Source of the DNA: Octopus sinensis
Lineage: Eukaryota
DNA length: 64,000 nt
Direction: 5' to 3'
Assembly (NCBI RefSeq): GCF_006345805.1
Contig: NC_043010.1
Location: 53,506,001-53,570,000, forward strand
Shown: piece after piece, positions 1-13,590 of the stretch
How positions within the stretch are numbered: the first letter of the stretch is position 1
How the letters are laid out: each line of letters begins with the position of its first letter
Translations under genes and position numbers: made by a program
Notes under the pieces: model-generated
Told to the model about the DNA's origin: nothing
The model's input: the letters and a program-made list of their open reading frames with translations, nothing else
Databases searched by the model: none

Positions 1-271
1 ACATACATACATAAATATATACATACATACATACGTGCATACTTGCATGCATGCATACATACATATATACTTGCATACATACATATATACATACATATAT
101 ACATACATGCATATATACTTGCATACATACATACATACATACATATATACTTGCATACATACATATATACAAACATACATGCATACATACTTGCATGCAT
201 ACATACAAACATTTATACATACATACATTTATACATAGATATATACATACACACATACATATATACATGCA

Positions 272-305
<34 letters not shown>

Positions 306-640
306 CATATATACATGCATACATACGTATATACATGCATACATACAGACATACATACCATATATATGTATATAATTGTGTATGTAAGTGTACACACACA
401 CACACGCACACATAAACACACACACACTCACACATACACGTACACATATATAATTATATATACTCATGTACTATATGTATGTATGTCTCTTCTATCTTTT
501 AATAATAATTAAAAAATTGGAGACATACATTCATACATATACTATATGTGTATATATACATACATATACATACATATATATACATATATATATATGTATA
601 TATATATATATGTGTACGTATGTATGTATATAACATAGTT
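1..640. repeat. Compound microsatellite (ACAT)n/(AT)n/(AC)n
   Basis: Visible tandem units; explains the H/T/Y/I-rich ORFs 35-512. Confidence 0.95.
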
Positions 641-859
641 TTAGACCTATGGTGCTACTTCTGAAATTATATATATATTTAATATTCTGTCTGTCTGTCT
701 CTCTCCCCCACTTTTCTCCTTCTATAAATATATGGGTGGGTATGTGTACATGTTAACATATATACGCGAAAAGAAATATTTGAAAAACCTATCAGCAAAC
801 TTGTAACACTTTGTATGATTAGACACAATCACCGATGCAATATGCCATCTTGTAAACTA

Positions 860-1080
860 ACTCCACCACTGATATCACCGCTGCCGCCGCCACCAGCACC
901 ATCACCATCACTACCACCATCAACAACAACAGCAACGCCCCCGCCATCACTACTCCCACCACCATCACCACCCAAAACCATCTTCACTGGCACTGTCACA
1001 ACGACAGCAATGACGACCTCGGCTACGAATGCAACAACTCCTATAGTCACTACCAAAGTTCATTGGGACACCTTCCAAAA
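860..1080. repeat. Degenerate trinucleotide (ACC/ACA/ATC) low-complexity tract
   Basis: Decaying CCA/ACC/ACA units; similar tracts at 6865-7230, 23760-23850 and 61425-61500. Confidence 0.75.
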
Positions 1081-1222
1081 CGCCATAACATCAAGTGACC
1101 ACTCTTAGGCTCACACTATTTCTCAGCTTTTCTCAGTTTTACAACGACTTCTTATTAACTGCTTGAATGATCTAAGCTAACACTCACTATATGACACATG
1201 TGATTTCCTTCTATAGTGTAGT

Positions 1223-1587
1223 GGAGCCGCAATGGCCCAGTGGTTAGGGCAGCGGACTCGCGGTCTAGGATCGAGGTTTCGTTTCCCAGACCGGGCGCTG
1301 TGAGTGTTTATTGAGCGAAAACACCTAAAGCTTCACAAAGTTCCGGCAGGGTGTGGTGGTGAACCCTGCTGTACTCTTTCACCACAACTTTCTTTCATTC
1401 TATCTTTCTGTTTCTGTTGTACCTGTATTTCAAAGGGGCCAGCCTTGTCACACTTTGTATCACGCTGAATCTCCCCGAGAACTACGTTAAGGGTACAGGT
1501 GTCTGTGGCGTGTTCAGCCACTTCCATGTTAATTTCACGATCGGATCAACTGGAACACTCGTCGTCGTAACCGACGGAGTGCCACCA
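1223..1587 (+). mobile_element. tRNA-derived SINE, head A + tail X
   Basis: tRNA-like head with A-box (tggcccagtgg) and B-box-like gtttcgtttcc. Head is shared with 5378-5703, 36268, 62547 and 63355; the 3' tail (tgtatttcaaagg...cgtcgtcgtaacc) is shared with 3266 and 41132. Confidence 0.85.
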
Positions 1588-2736
1588 CTTGTAATTATGT
1601 TTATAATTATACTATTTGTTTTGGGTGTGACTGAAAAACTGCATTAGGACCCTGGTTCGAAAGTTCTAGGGTACTGAGGAGTTTGAACTCAGCTCTTACC
1701 CACCCATATTTACTTTAATCCGGATTAGTAGTACTGTTAGTGTCCCAGCTAGAGGCTAATTAGTATCTTACAATTACAATAGTAGAATAACCTATCCTGC
1801 TACAACTAAGTGACCGAGGAATTTAACTGGGTAATTTATATGGTGTAGCTTTACATTAAAGAGTGAAACGTAAAATTTCCTGTATTTAGACTGCCTCATG
1901 GTCCCAGCAGGCAAAAAGGAAAAGGCATTGTCCTGGAGATTGATGAGAAATATGCTCTGGATCAAAGAAACTCCAAGCACAATCCCTAAACCCTTTGTGA
2001 GTTCTTTCGGAAAGGAAAAGGCTTGGGAAGTCTACCTCGACAGCAAAACCCTTCAGAATGTCCGGTACTCTCTTTGACACCCTTTCAGTAACTCCAGAAT
2101 GTGTGGAAAGTTCCGTCCTGGTAAGGTCGTTTACCTAAGACAAGGCCACATCAGCGTACCGCTTGCTCCTCACGGCAGCTATTTTGCTGAGCCACTGAAG
2201 TCAGGCTTTCGAGTCTAAAGAATGAGATCGGATTCCGCCGAGTGACACTTATTTTAAAACCACTTAACTCACACAGGAAGAAAAGCCCTACAACGATGGA
2301 GAAGTGATGAACATGTAAAGTAGTGGAAGATATTGGCAATTGCAGTTTCAAATCCCTGCGTAGGCGGGTCCTTTCTTCCACGTGATCTTCGGACACGAGG
2401 AAGTGCTGAGAAACATAAAATTGATTTGCTTCTGGTAGATCTGAAAATAGCAAATGGAGTGTCACTCAGAAAAATTTACAACGCATATATCTATGCATGT
2501 AGCTTGTCAAATATTTCTCTCGAGCTATCGGTAAAGTTTGATGTCGCCTTTCAGTAAATAAATTAAGATTCCAGTGCTGCAGCATGTATTGTATAGTTAC
2601 TATAATTCGTTCATTTGACAGTGGCCGATGCATATAGATAAATAAATAACATATGATGGATGATGTAATAGAATTAATGTAATAGAATTAATTTTAACAG
2701 ACAACGTTATATTATATCTTTGTGCAATAACTCTTT

Positions 2737-2803
2737 GCGTAAAGTGGCGGGGTGGAGAAATACTGGGCCCACAACCCAGAGGTTCACGAATTGAAACTAC
2801 GCA
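2737..2803 (+). pseudogene. Degenerate initiator tRNA-Met-like sequence (3' acceptor strand missing)
   Basis: agtggcg...ctgggcc(c)cacaacccagagg...gaaactacgc aligns with the recalled metazoan tRNA-iMet AGTGGCGCAGTGGAAGCGTGCTGGGCCCATAACCCAGAGGTCCGTGGATCGAAACCACGC; the CAT anticodon reads CAC. Confidence 0.65.
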
Positions 2804-2914
2804 TTTTAATTCCCAATCACATGATTTCGGGTTCAGTTCTACCGTACAGCACCTTGGGCAAATGTATTCTACTATAGTTTTGGGGCCACTAAAACCTTGT
2901 CAGTAGACATATAC

Positions 2915-5032
2915 ATGTTTTGCAAACAACTTGCACATGCAAGTGCAACCATTCGAAAGCTCCACATACCGGAAGCCAGCAAGCTTCTCGTCAGGTGAGA
3001 ATGCGTGCCGTTTCGGGGCTCAGCTCTAGAAGGTGCACGGCCCCACCACCCTCACTACGCACTGGATCTCCTCATTGTGCACCGGACCCCCTCACTGCGC
3101 ACCCTTCTGCTTGTGAACCTCCCCCTCATTGCGCACCGCTCTTCCCCGTCATTGCGCACCAGTCCCCCGATTGCTAGATAGAGCTCAATATCCTTCTAGC
3201 CATTGCTCTACGTCTGCTTTTAACCAAATCCAGTGGTTTGCCTTTTCCATTGTAGTGTGGATATCGTCAGGGCGCGTGGCTTAGTGGTTAGGGCATTCGG
3301 CTCATGATCGTAAGGTTGTGAGTTCGATTCCCGGCGACGCGTTGTGTCCTTGAGCAAGACACTTTATTTCACGTTGCTCCAGTCCATTCAGCTGGCAAAA
3401 ATGAGTTGTACTTGTATTTCAAAGGGTCAGCCTTGTCACTCTCTGTCTCACGCTGATTATCCCCGAGAACTACGTTAAGGGTACACGTGTCTGTGGAATG
3501 CTCAGCCATTTGCACGTTAATTTCACGAGCAAGCTGTTCCGTTGATCGTATCAGCTGGGACCCTCGTCGTCGTAACCGGCGGAGTCTTTAAGTGTGGATA
3601 TCACTTATGGTGGTATTTGCTTTATGATGAGTTAGGGCTAACGATAACAACCGTCGCTTCACACTGTGTCCAATGAATCCTTTACATCCGACTTCGATTA
3701 GAAAATGCTTCATTTTCCAGCCTGCGCCTTCACACTCCTCGAGGTTTTCGTTACGGACAATCATTCAAGCCCGAGCGGTGTCCATGTTATCTTCACAAGG
3801 AACTGTTAACTCGACTAGATTTTCTACTTTCTTTCACACCATATTATGATAACCGGTTTCTTCGTAACTGGGAAGGGAAATAACACTTGGCTCAGTGGTA
3901 AATCTGCAGTCACTTCCCAATAACCATTTCACTTTTCACCGCTCACAGGAAGTTTCTTCTTGATACAGATCTGCTGTCCTGAACGCACGAAGGTAATGAA
4001 ATCTCTGGTTGGTTCTTCCAATTTTTTTTTGCCACTGTTGATGAGAGCAAGTTGGTTCTTTATAGCATTGCAGATAACCTTAAAGACTAAATTGTGTCCC
4101 CATGTATATCTATTCAATACCAGCGAACATTGGGAAAGGATATGTTTTAGTGTTCCGAATTTTATGCATCTGCATATATCATTTGCTGAGACGTTTATCT
4201 CACTAGATTTGTAGGCGATGGAAAGGCGCTGACTTTTTATAAAGAGCATTATATATCTTATTCTCAAACTCTTTGTATCATTCTTTCTCATTAGCAGCAG
4301 GCCACAGAAACCTCGGTTTCCTCCGAGTACCATCTGATACACGAGTCTCATATCCTGCAGTTTTCTGTGGGGAAGAGGTATTTGCTGTAGCATTTATCGA
4401 TCCGCTGTGGTTTGAGTCCGGAGATGATTAACCGCGTGTTTTATGATCAGATGATCCACACTGCTGTCCTCTTCTTACAATTCTTTTCCCGATGTATCTT
4501 CAAGCCTCTTTCGATTGCATCCAAAGTTGTTTGCAATTCGTTCGCTGTTAGAAGGAATAATCATAATCATTTCCAAGGTCATTTCCGTGTTAGCTGGGTT
4601 AGACTGATTCTCGACTCCCCAATCTCGGTCAATCATGAGACTGTTATTCTCATTGGTAGTTGTTACAATATATCTCAAAGGCGAGAACTGTGAGTCCACA
4701 GCGTTGGACAGTCTTTCTTGGCGTCAGTAGTTTTTCCCTTTGTCAGCTCGTCTTTCCGAACAGTCTTCCTGTCTTTCCAGTTTATTTTTTGCCCCTGTTG
4801 ATGAGAGCAAGTTGGTTATTTATAGCATTGAAGATAACCTTAAAGACTAAATTGTGTCCCCATGTATATCTATTCAATACCAGCGAACATTGGGAAAGGA
4901 TATGTTTTAGTGTTCCGAATGTTATGCATCTGCATATATCATTTGCTGAGACGTTTATCTCACTAGATTTGTAGGCGATTGAAAGGCGTCTTTCCAGTTT
5001 ATTAAACAACATATTTCCATCAATTGTTGGCA
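2915..5032 (-). mobile_element. Decayed non-LTR retrotransposon 3' part, restriction-like endonuclease type (HERO/NeSL-like)
   Basis: Minus-strand frames give GTLKHILSQC...RYTWGHNLV (zinc knuckle plus RHN-like motif), ELTVPCEDN, IEVGCKGF and terminal EKANHWIWLK...W*. Stops and frameshifts present; interrupted by a SINE at 3266-3590. Confidence 0.85.
3266..3590 (+). mobile_element. tRNA-derived SINE D (CORE-like middle + tail X), inserted in the LINE
   Basis: 12-bp TSD agtgtggatatc at 3254-3265 and 3591-3602; gagttcgattcc B-box; gtgtccttgagcaagacac CORE-like block; about 98% identical to 41132-41457. Confidence 0.9.
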
Positions 5033-5035
5033 CAT

Positions 5036-5205
5036 GAGTGGCTGTGTGGTAAGCAGCTTGCTTACCAACCACATGGTTCCGGGTTCAGTCCAACTGCGTG
5101 GCACCTCGGGCAAATGTTTTCTTCTATAGCTTCGGGCCGACCAAAGCCTTGTGAGTGGATTTGGTAGACGGAAACTGAAAGAAGCCCGTCGTATATATGT
5201 ATATA
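5036..5205 (+). mobile_element. SINE B, 5' half
   Basis: gagtggctgtgtggtaag...ggttcagtcc head; ends at the internal (TA)n. Other 5' halves at 8040-8190(+), 15765-15920(-), 29152-29315(+), 47515-47675(-), 54765-54880(+). Confidence 0.85.
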
Positions 5206-5377
5206 TACACCAAAATATCACATGTATTCATAAACAACTTACATCAGCGGATATTTCATTTCAGAGATTGCTTTAATAAGCCACTGTTTAATCATTTGCT
5301 CTCTGGTAGTTTACTAGAATCAGCTGTTTTAAACTTACTTTGCTCTGAAACAAATAACAAGCAGCATAAACGCAAAT

Positions 5378-5703
5378 TTTTTTTTAATTTCTTTTATTTA
5401 CGCACCCTTTCAAACCTAATCAGGCTCATGGGCCCGGTTTCCCGGTTTCTATGGCGTATGTGTTCCCACCAGCTGCACGGGACGCCAGTCCATCGCAATG
5501 TTACTCAAGAAACAGGAATAAAGAGTGAGAGAAAGTTGTGGCGAAAGAGTACAACAGGGGTCGCCACCACCCCCTGCCAGAGACTCGTGGAGCTTTAGGT
5601 GTTTTCGCACAATAAACACACACAACGACCGGTCTCGGAATCGAAACCGTGATCCTCCGACCGCGAATCCGGTGCCCTAACCAGTGGGCCATTGCGGCTC
5701 CAT
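5378..5703 (-). mobile_element. SINE head A + V-domain-like tail
   Basis: 12-bp TSD ataaacgcaaat at 5366-5377 and 5704-5715; contains gcgatggactggcgtcccgt. Confidence 0.88.
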
Positions 5704-6178
5704 ATAAACGCAAATAACCACCTCTAATTAACTGACAATAAATAACTAAATATTTAAAAACCAACTGAAATGGCGATATTTTACTCTCAAGGAAATCCAG
5801 TTTATCTTAAATAAAAAAACAGCAAATAGAAAAAAACAAACAACCTAAAACCTCCAACGAAAGCAAGACACAAGTCAGCCTATCGTTAAAAGGAAAGAAA
5901 ATGAACTCCAAATAAACAAGAAACATTATTTTTTTTCCTTAACTTGGTGTAGCAACTATTTTGGTTTGCGCAATTACGGTAAGATTGCTTGTGATAGAAA
6001 CATCAGATTTATTACCCTTGCATTTATTCAAGTCGAATTATTGACATCCTGTCCAAAATACGTTGTAATGTGTTTAAAACTAATTGAATGTCTGTTTACA
6101 TCTTTATCTACTTTTATATATTAAATATATGATGGGAATTCAGAAGTACGACGCGCCGTATAAAGCCTGAAGCTAGAG

Positions 6179-6750
<572 letters not shown>

Positions 6751-8215
6751 GGAAAGATCTATTTAAGTATCTATCATAATCTTGCAACACTTTGTCTGTA
6801 GGACAAGAAACAATCATTGATAATCTCATAACATGCCAACTTATAGACTAAGACCACAAAACTACCCCACCCACAACCACAACCACCACTACCACTACCA
6901 CTAGCACCCCCGCCACCTCCAGTATCATCACAAAGACGACAACGACAACCACGACCACGACTACGACTACGTTTATAACCGCCACGAAAGCATCACCACG
7001 ACCACCATCGCCATTCACATTGAAACAGTTATTACCACTATCAGAAACACGAGTTCAGCCTCACAACTACGACATTTCTTACTAACGTCACCACCACTGA
7101 CATTACCGCCACCACCACAATGACGTCCACCACCACCACCATCATCATCAGCACCATAATCATTACGGGCTCTACCATTGTCACCTCCATCGCTATTACA
7201 AAAGAACGGCCACCAACACGACCATCACTACTAGGCCGACAAACATCTCTCGAGTTATCCAGCGGTAAACACATTGGCTTGTTCAGTTTGATGCTTGCGA
7301 ATATCATTTCCTCGAAAGGGATTCGATATGTGGTTATTTATCTTGTCATCACAGGGCAAATGCTGTTGTAAACTGGAGCGATTGAGGCTCTGGAAATAGA
7401 ACGAAAATCGATTGCACTTGGAAAAGATGTCAACTATTGGTAGTTGCCTCTGTAGGAGCCTTTGGATTTATCTAAGTTCAGCAGAGTTCCACAGAAGATA
7501 CAGCACAGCTATCTTCTCTGGAAGGAATCTCAACCGTGTTTCGTGGTCTGCTGCCACAACAGCTCTTTTATAGGATCCAGTTAGCTCAAGGAGAAACCAC
7601 GTCCGGTTTCAGCCCCTACTCCTCTACCATTTGATGTGGCCCCCCCCCCTTTTCGGGGGCGTCTTCAGCTCTGGTGTTGGGTGTATGTCTTCTTTCTTCT
7701 TCTTTCTTCCGTTCCCTATGTATCACATAAGTTGGAGGATGTCCTGAAGATCCTTGTCTAGAATTGCATATTTCTGAATCTTGACCTACTATAGACGAAA
7801 AATGTCAGATACCGTGGGAGCACCTTGGGCCAGATTGATGACCTCGGCGTCCAATGCACTTGTCATCAGAAAGTATCGAACTTGTTTGTCTCGTTTACAT
7901 CCGTCCTCATTAGCACCACTAATACCTGACTAAAACAACCGAGAATGTTCCATTCTGCTGCCAGTTGCAGTAGAGTCTAGCAGAAAAAGGGGGAAAAGAA
8001 GTGTGGTTTATATTTATTAAGCTCACATACATAGATTCAGGTGTGGCTGTGTGCTAAGAAATTTGATTCCAAACCACATGATTCAGGGTTCAGTCCCTGC
8101 GTGGCATTTCTACTATATCCTCAGGGTCGAAAAAAACGGTTTCTGAGTGGATATGGTAGATGGAAACTGAAAGAAGACCGTTGTATATATGCACATATAT
8201 ATATACATGTATGTG

Positions 8216-8247
<32 letters not shown>

Positions 8248-8535
8248 GACATACATATATATACATATACATACATACATACATACACACATACATATAT
8301 ACATACATACATACATACACATATATATATTTAAAGGTTACAATACATGTATTAAAACGCTACTAATGTTTTAAATGTTGAGAAAATTTAAGCATATTCT
8401 TCAGGCGCAAACTGCCTATCATGAAAGAATTAAAGAAATTGAATAATAAAAGAAACGCAAAAAATCTGTAATGGCAACATATGAAACTATTAGTAGCGCC
8501 TTAATACATGTATTGTGACCTTTAAATAAATATAT

Positions 8536-8815
8536 TCATCTCTCACCAGACGGAGTACTTTTTTGATTGAACTTTCTCTAACGGATCAGTATCTATATAT
8601 ACTTTTAAAATGTGACCTCGTGTGTACCGTTGGCGATTTTTTTCCTCTGTCTTCCCTTCTCTGGATCTTTCCTTCTCGTATGTTTCCGACGAAGAGCTCC
8701 GCTCGAAACGTTCAAAACCTCCTTCTTTCCTTCTTTCCTGAGTGTCCAATAATACTATATTTGTTCCACGTCCTCGCGTTGTTGTGTTTTTTTGTGCTTT
8801 CTTGTTTGGATTAAC
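8536..8815 (+). mobile_element. Penelope-like element 3' end / pseudo-LTR with hammerhead motif (family H1)
   Basis: aaatgtgacc...gaagagctccgctcgaaacgtt...ggattaact, homologous to 44597-44790, 47310-47500 and 27545-27652; ends in (TA)n. Confidence 0.65.
8681..8718 (+). ncRNA. Minimal type-I hammerhead motif H1, mutated core CCGACGA
   Basis: gttt-ccgacga-a-gagc tcc gctc-gaaa-cgtt; U4 changed to C and stem I register altered. Confidence 0.5.
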
Positions 8816-8842
8816 TTTATATATATATATATATATATATAC

Positions 8843-9070
8843 ACTCTTTTACTTGTTTAAGTCATTTGACTGCGGCCATGCTGGAGCACCGCATTTAGTC
8901 AAGCAAATAGACCCCAGGATTTATTCTTTGTGAGCCTAGTACTTATTCTATCGGTATCTTTAGCCGAACCGCTAAGTTACGGGGACATAAACACACTAGC
9001 ATCAGTTGTCAAGCGATGTTGGGGGGGGGACAGACACAGACACACAGACACAGACACAGACACACACACA

Positions 9071-9112
<42 letters not shown>

Positions 9113-9290
9113 CATATACATATATACGACGGGCGTCTTTCAATTTACGTCTACTAAATCCACTCACAAGGCTTTGGTCGGCCCGAGGCTATAGTAGAAG
9201 ACCCTTGCCCAAGATGCCACGCTGTGGGACAGAACCCGGAACCATGTGGCTGGTAAACAAGCTACTTACCACACAGCCACTCATGTGCGT
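8843..9290 (-). mobile_element. SINE B, full length with internal (CA)n/(TA)n
   Basis: Complete match to the copies at 28578-29008 and 31895-32325. Confidence 0.9.
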
Positions 9291-9404
9291 GCCACACAGC
9301 CACTCCTGCGCCTACCACACAGCCACTCTTGTATATATATACACACGTGTTTGTATGTGTGCGCGCGCGCGCACGCGTGTGTGTGTGTGTGTGTGTGCGT
9401 GTAT

Positions 9405-9640
9405 ATGTGTGTGTTGTGTCTTTGTGTTCTCAGTTTGTCTCAGACCACTGCTTGACAACCGGTGCTGGTGTATTTACGTTGCCGTAACTTAGCGGTTCGG
9501 CAAAAGTACCAAGCTTTAAAAAAATAAGTATTGGAGTCGAGATATTCGATTAAAGTTCTTTAACGCGGTGCCCCAGCATGGTCGCAGCCTAATGACTGCA
9601 ACAACTGAATGATCAAAGATAAAAGACAGATAAAAGATAG
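9405..9640 (+). mobile_element. SINE B, 3' half
   Basis: gcttgacaaccggtgctgg...cagcatgg...aaagataaaaga tail; other 3' halves at 46700-46880(-) and 51530-51735(+). Confidence 0.8.
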
Positions 9641-9849
9641 TTGATCATCGAAACCAGATGAATTGTCACGTGTACAGCTAATCACTTCCAAACAGATATA
9701 TATCGCATTTATCTGTTTTCATAAAACACCATATACTGGATTTAGAAGACTGGCTAGAAAAGTCTACCTAGCTCAATGCAGTATTACTTGGAATAGTTAA
9801 AGAATATGCGGCTTCGAAACGGTACAGACTTGCGAAGAATTGAATACCA

Positions 9850-10299
9850 ATTTCTTTACTACCCACAAGGGGCTAAACACAGAGAGGACAAACAAGGACA
9901 GATAAACGGATTAAGTCGATTACATCGACCCAAGTGCATAACTGGTATTTAATTAATCGACCCTGAAAGGATGAACGGCAAAGTCGACCTCGGCGGAATT
10001 TGAACTCAGAACGTAACGGCAGACGAAATACGGCTACGCATTTTGCCCGGCGTGCTAACGTTTCTTATTTCTTTACTACCCACAAGGGGATAAACACAGA
10101 GAGGACAAACAAGGACAGACAAACGGATTAAGTCGATTACATCGACCCAAGTGCGTAACTGGTACTTAATTTATCGACCCCGAAAGGGTGAAAGGTAAAG
10201 TCGACCTCGGTGGAAGTTGGACTCAGAACGTAACGGCAGACGAAATACGTTTACACATTTCGCCCGGCGTGCTAACGTTTCTGCCAGGTCGCCGCCTTA
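9850..10299 (-). mobile_element. SINE C head-to-tail dimer
   Basis: Two units joined at 10065/10066; 15-bp TSD aagaattgaatacca at 9835-9849 and 10300-10314. Confidence 0.9.
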
Positions 10300-10704
10300 A
10301 AGAATTGAATACCACGCGCCTATTAATGCTCTCAGTATCATATCAGTTATTTTTATGCTAATTTATGCTGTGAATACAAGAGCCTGTGTGTCCAAGGACA
10401 TACGCTGCAGCTCCTTTTGATAACTTAAACTTGGTTCATCGTGCAGAAATGATGACGTACCAAGCTCGCTACGAGCATGTCTGCTAATGTGTCATTTCTT
10501 ATCGTTCCATTGAATTTGTTGACTCTTCTGCCTCGATCCTATGTAGCGTTCTGCCTATGTATTGTTATTAGAACCTATTGACACTTTCTCCAGTGATTCT
10601 TTTCTTTTCTTCAAAGATTTGGATGTTTGTAACCATACCTCGTTACATGCGGAGCATACGATAAAAATGCCTCTATCTAAAGAGTTAACAAAGCCGATAT
10701 GTAA

Positions 10705-11171
<467 letters not shown>

Positions 11172-11764
11172 TATTTATATGCATAGGCGCCTCAGTTATA
11201 TCTACATCACTATGTACACATCATTACATGTGCACACGCACACACATCGGGAGAGAGAAAGAGAGAGAGAAAGAGGACATCGTTATAGGTGTATGCAACG
11301 CAGACATGTAGAGAACAAAAGAAAAATTGCAAGCTAATTTCGGTTTTATACGTTACGCGCATTACATAACGTAACGATCCACTTTAATGGGAGTTACATC
11401 AGTGTTGTCAAGAGGTACTGAAGTGAAAAAGCTTGGAGAGTGAGAGAAACTTGTAATTGGAACCGACTGCTAAAGGCTGAATATTGAAATAGTTATAAGC
11501 ACATTCGTCTAACGTTTCTGCATTTCTGGTGATTTAAAGGATCAACTGTAGCTAATGCCATGTTTAATTTTAGGCCCCGAAACACTTCTTGTTCGGGATA
11601 ATCATTAGCGTATCGAATAAATGAAGGATATCTTTGATCATAGCTTGGAATCATTAGTTAGAGAGTTCAAAAGCTATTTAACCTCTTTCCTATGCTAATC
11701 CACCTGTACGCATTCATTTAACTCCTGTCTTTCAATAAATCTTTACTTTATTTCAATTTGTGCA

Positions 11765-11788
11765 ACTGATATATATATATATATATAT

Positions 11789-11839
<51 letters not shown>

Positions 11840-11982
11840 CACATATACATGCATTTACAAAATATGTTATATATATTATATATTATATATCTATTCTATC
11901 TATCTATCTATCTATCTATCTATCATCTATCTATCTATCTATCTATCTATCTATATATATATATATATATATGTATAATATA

Positions 11983-12016
<34 letters not shown>

Positions 12017-12234
12017 AAATATATATAGATACATACACACACACGTACATATGCATGTGTGTGGGTGTATACATGAGTGCGTAATTGTGACACGCACTAC
12101 AAACAGATACACGTATATTTTCGTATTCACAACCAATAATATGGTAAGCTTTAGAAATCGTATTAACGAAGATATATTCGTCTGCTTGCGTATGTGTGCA
12201 TATGTAAACATATATGACTATGTGTATAGATATG

Positions 12235-12281
<47 letters not shown>

Positions 12282-12369
12282 GTATATATATATGTGTATG
12301 TATTATATATACGTATATGTATATGTATGTAGATATGTATATATGTATATATATTATATATATATATAT

Positions 12370-12402
<33 letters not shown>

Positions 12403-12480
12403 GCGTTACACATACACACATTATTTAGTATCAATCATTTAGTATATATGTATATATTAATATACATATATAATACATCA
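11765..12480. repeat. Compound (AT)n/(ATCT)n/(GT)n tract with short unique islands
   Basis: Visible tandem units. Confidence 0.9.
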
Positions 12481-12605
12481 TAAATTGTATTTACAGGTGG
12501 ATATTTTTCGTCCAACAGCTAATTTGTGGCGTAGTTCGACATGTAGCCAATTTTATCCGAAAGCTATTCTAGGATGTAAATCACCGTATAGAGAATTGAG
12601 ACACC

Positions 12606-12642
<37 letters not shown>

Positions 12643-13084
12643 CAAGTGCAAATTTGGCGTTAACTCCGCTTAACATCTGTGACTTACTAACAAGCCAGGC
12701 AGGTTACTATAAATTGCAAACGAGCCTCTTGTTTGCGTTCTTATATGTTTTCTAAAATTCTGTCGAAACGTAGATGCTTCAATTTCAGCTATGCTCAGCA
12801 AGCTTTTCTCCTCCAGCGATCTTGAAAACGCACACGTAAATAGTTTCACACACACTTGCGCGCAACGCCTTTGCTCACAATTTTCCGCCATATTTCGAAG
12901 CCTTACAGATACTCACACGTACACACATACACTTCCAGCACACAAACAGACATACACACAAACTCATGCGCACACCGACACACCCACCCACGCAAGCCTA
13001 CGGTATTATCCACACAACTATATAAACATATGCGCGTCCATATGCATGTACATTTATACCTGCAAGAACGCACATACACACTTA

Positions 13085-13243
13085 TATATAATTATAGGTA
13101 CATAAATATCTCTCTATATATGTATATACTTTTATATTTACCTTTATATATAACAAATATATATATATATATATGTTTATACATACATATATATATATCC
13201 ATATATGCGTATATATATATATTTATAAGTAAATTTATATATG

Positions 13244-13297
<54 letters not shown>

Positions 13298-13324
13298 GCG
13301 TGTCTGTCTGTGTATATACATACA

Positions 13325-13361
<37 letters not shown>

Positions 13362-13432
13362 GCGTGTCTTCCAGTGTATATACATACATACATACATACA
13401 TATATATATATTTGTAAATAATTATATATGGA

Positions 13433-13488
<56 letters not shown>

Positions 13489-13559
13489 TATATACACATA
13501 CATATATATATATATATATATATTATACACATACATATTATATATATATATATATATTA

Positions 13560-13590
<31 letters not shown>

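Noticed and set aside
35-512. Long ORFs rich in H/T/Y/I (also YLSI, CVCV and IYIY ORFs across the window, e.g. 10562-11311, 35309-36021, 50746-51604)
   Set aside because: They are translations of stop-free microsatellites, with no coding evidence.
815-1108. Pro/Thr-rich, mucin- or extensin-like ORFs (also 7041-7371, 61317-61595)
   Set aside because: Decaying trinucleotide repeats that are open on both strands, with no splice or start context.
1223-1295. SINE heads as functional tRNA genes
   Set aside because: No complete cloverleaf or acceptor stem, and they continue into repeat bodies with TSDs.
1800-2150. Possible LINE remnant (…SWRLMRNMLWIKE…)
   Set aside because: No diagnostic motif in any frame.
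7545-7675. Minus-strand hammerhead-like ctgaaga...gaaacc with GC hairpins
   Set aside because: Stems I and III cannot be placed in register with a UH site; left as an unclassified repeat remnant.
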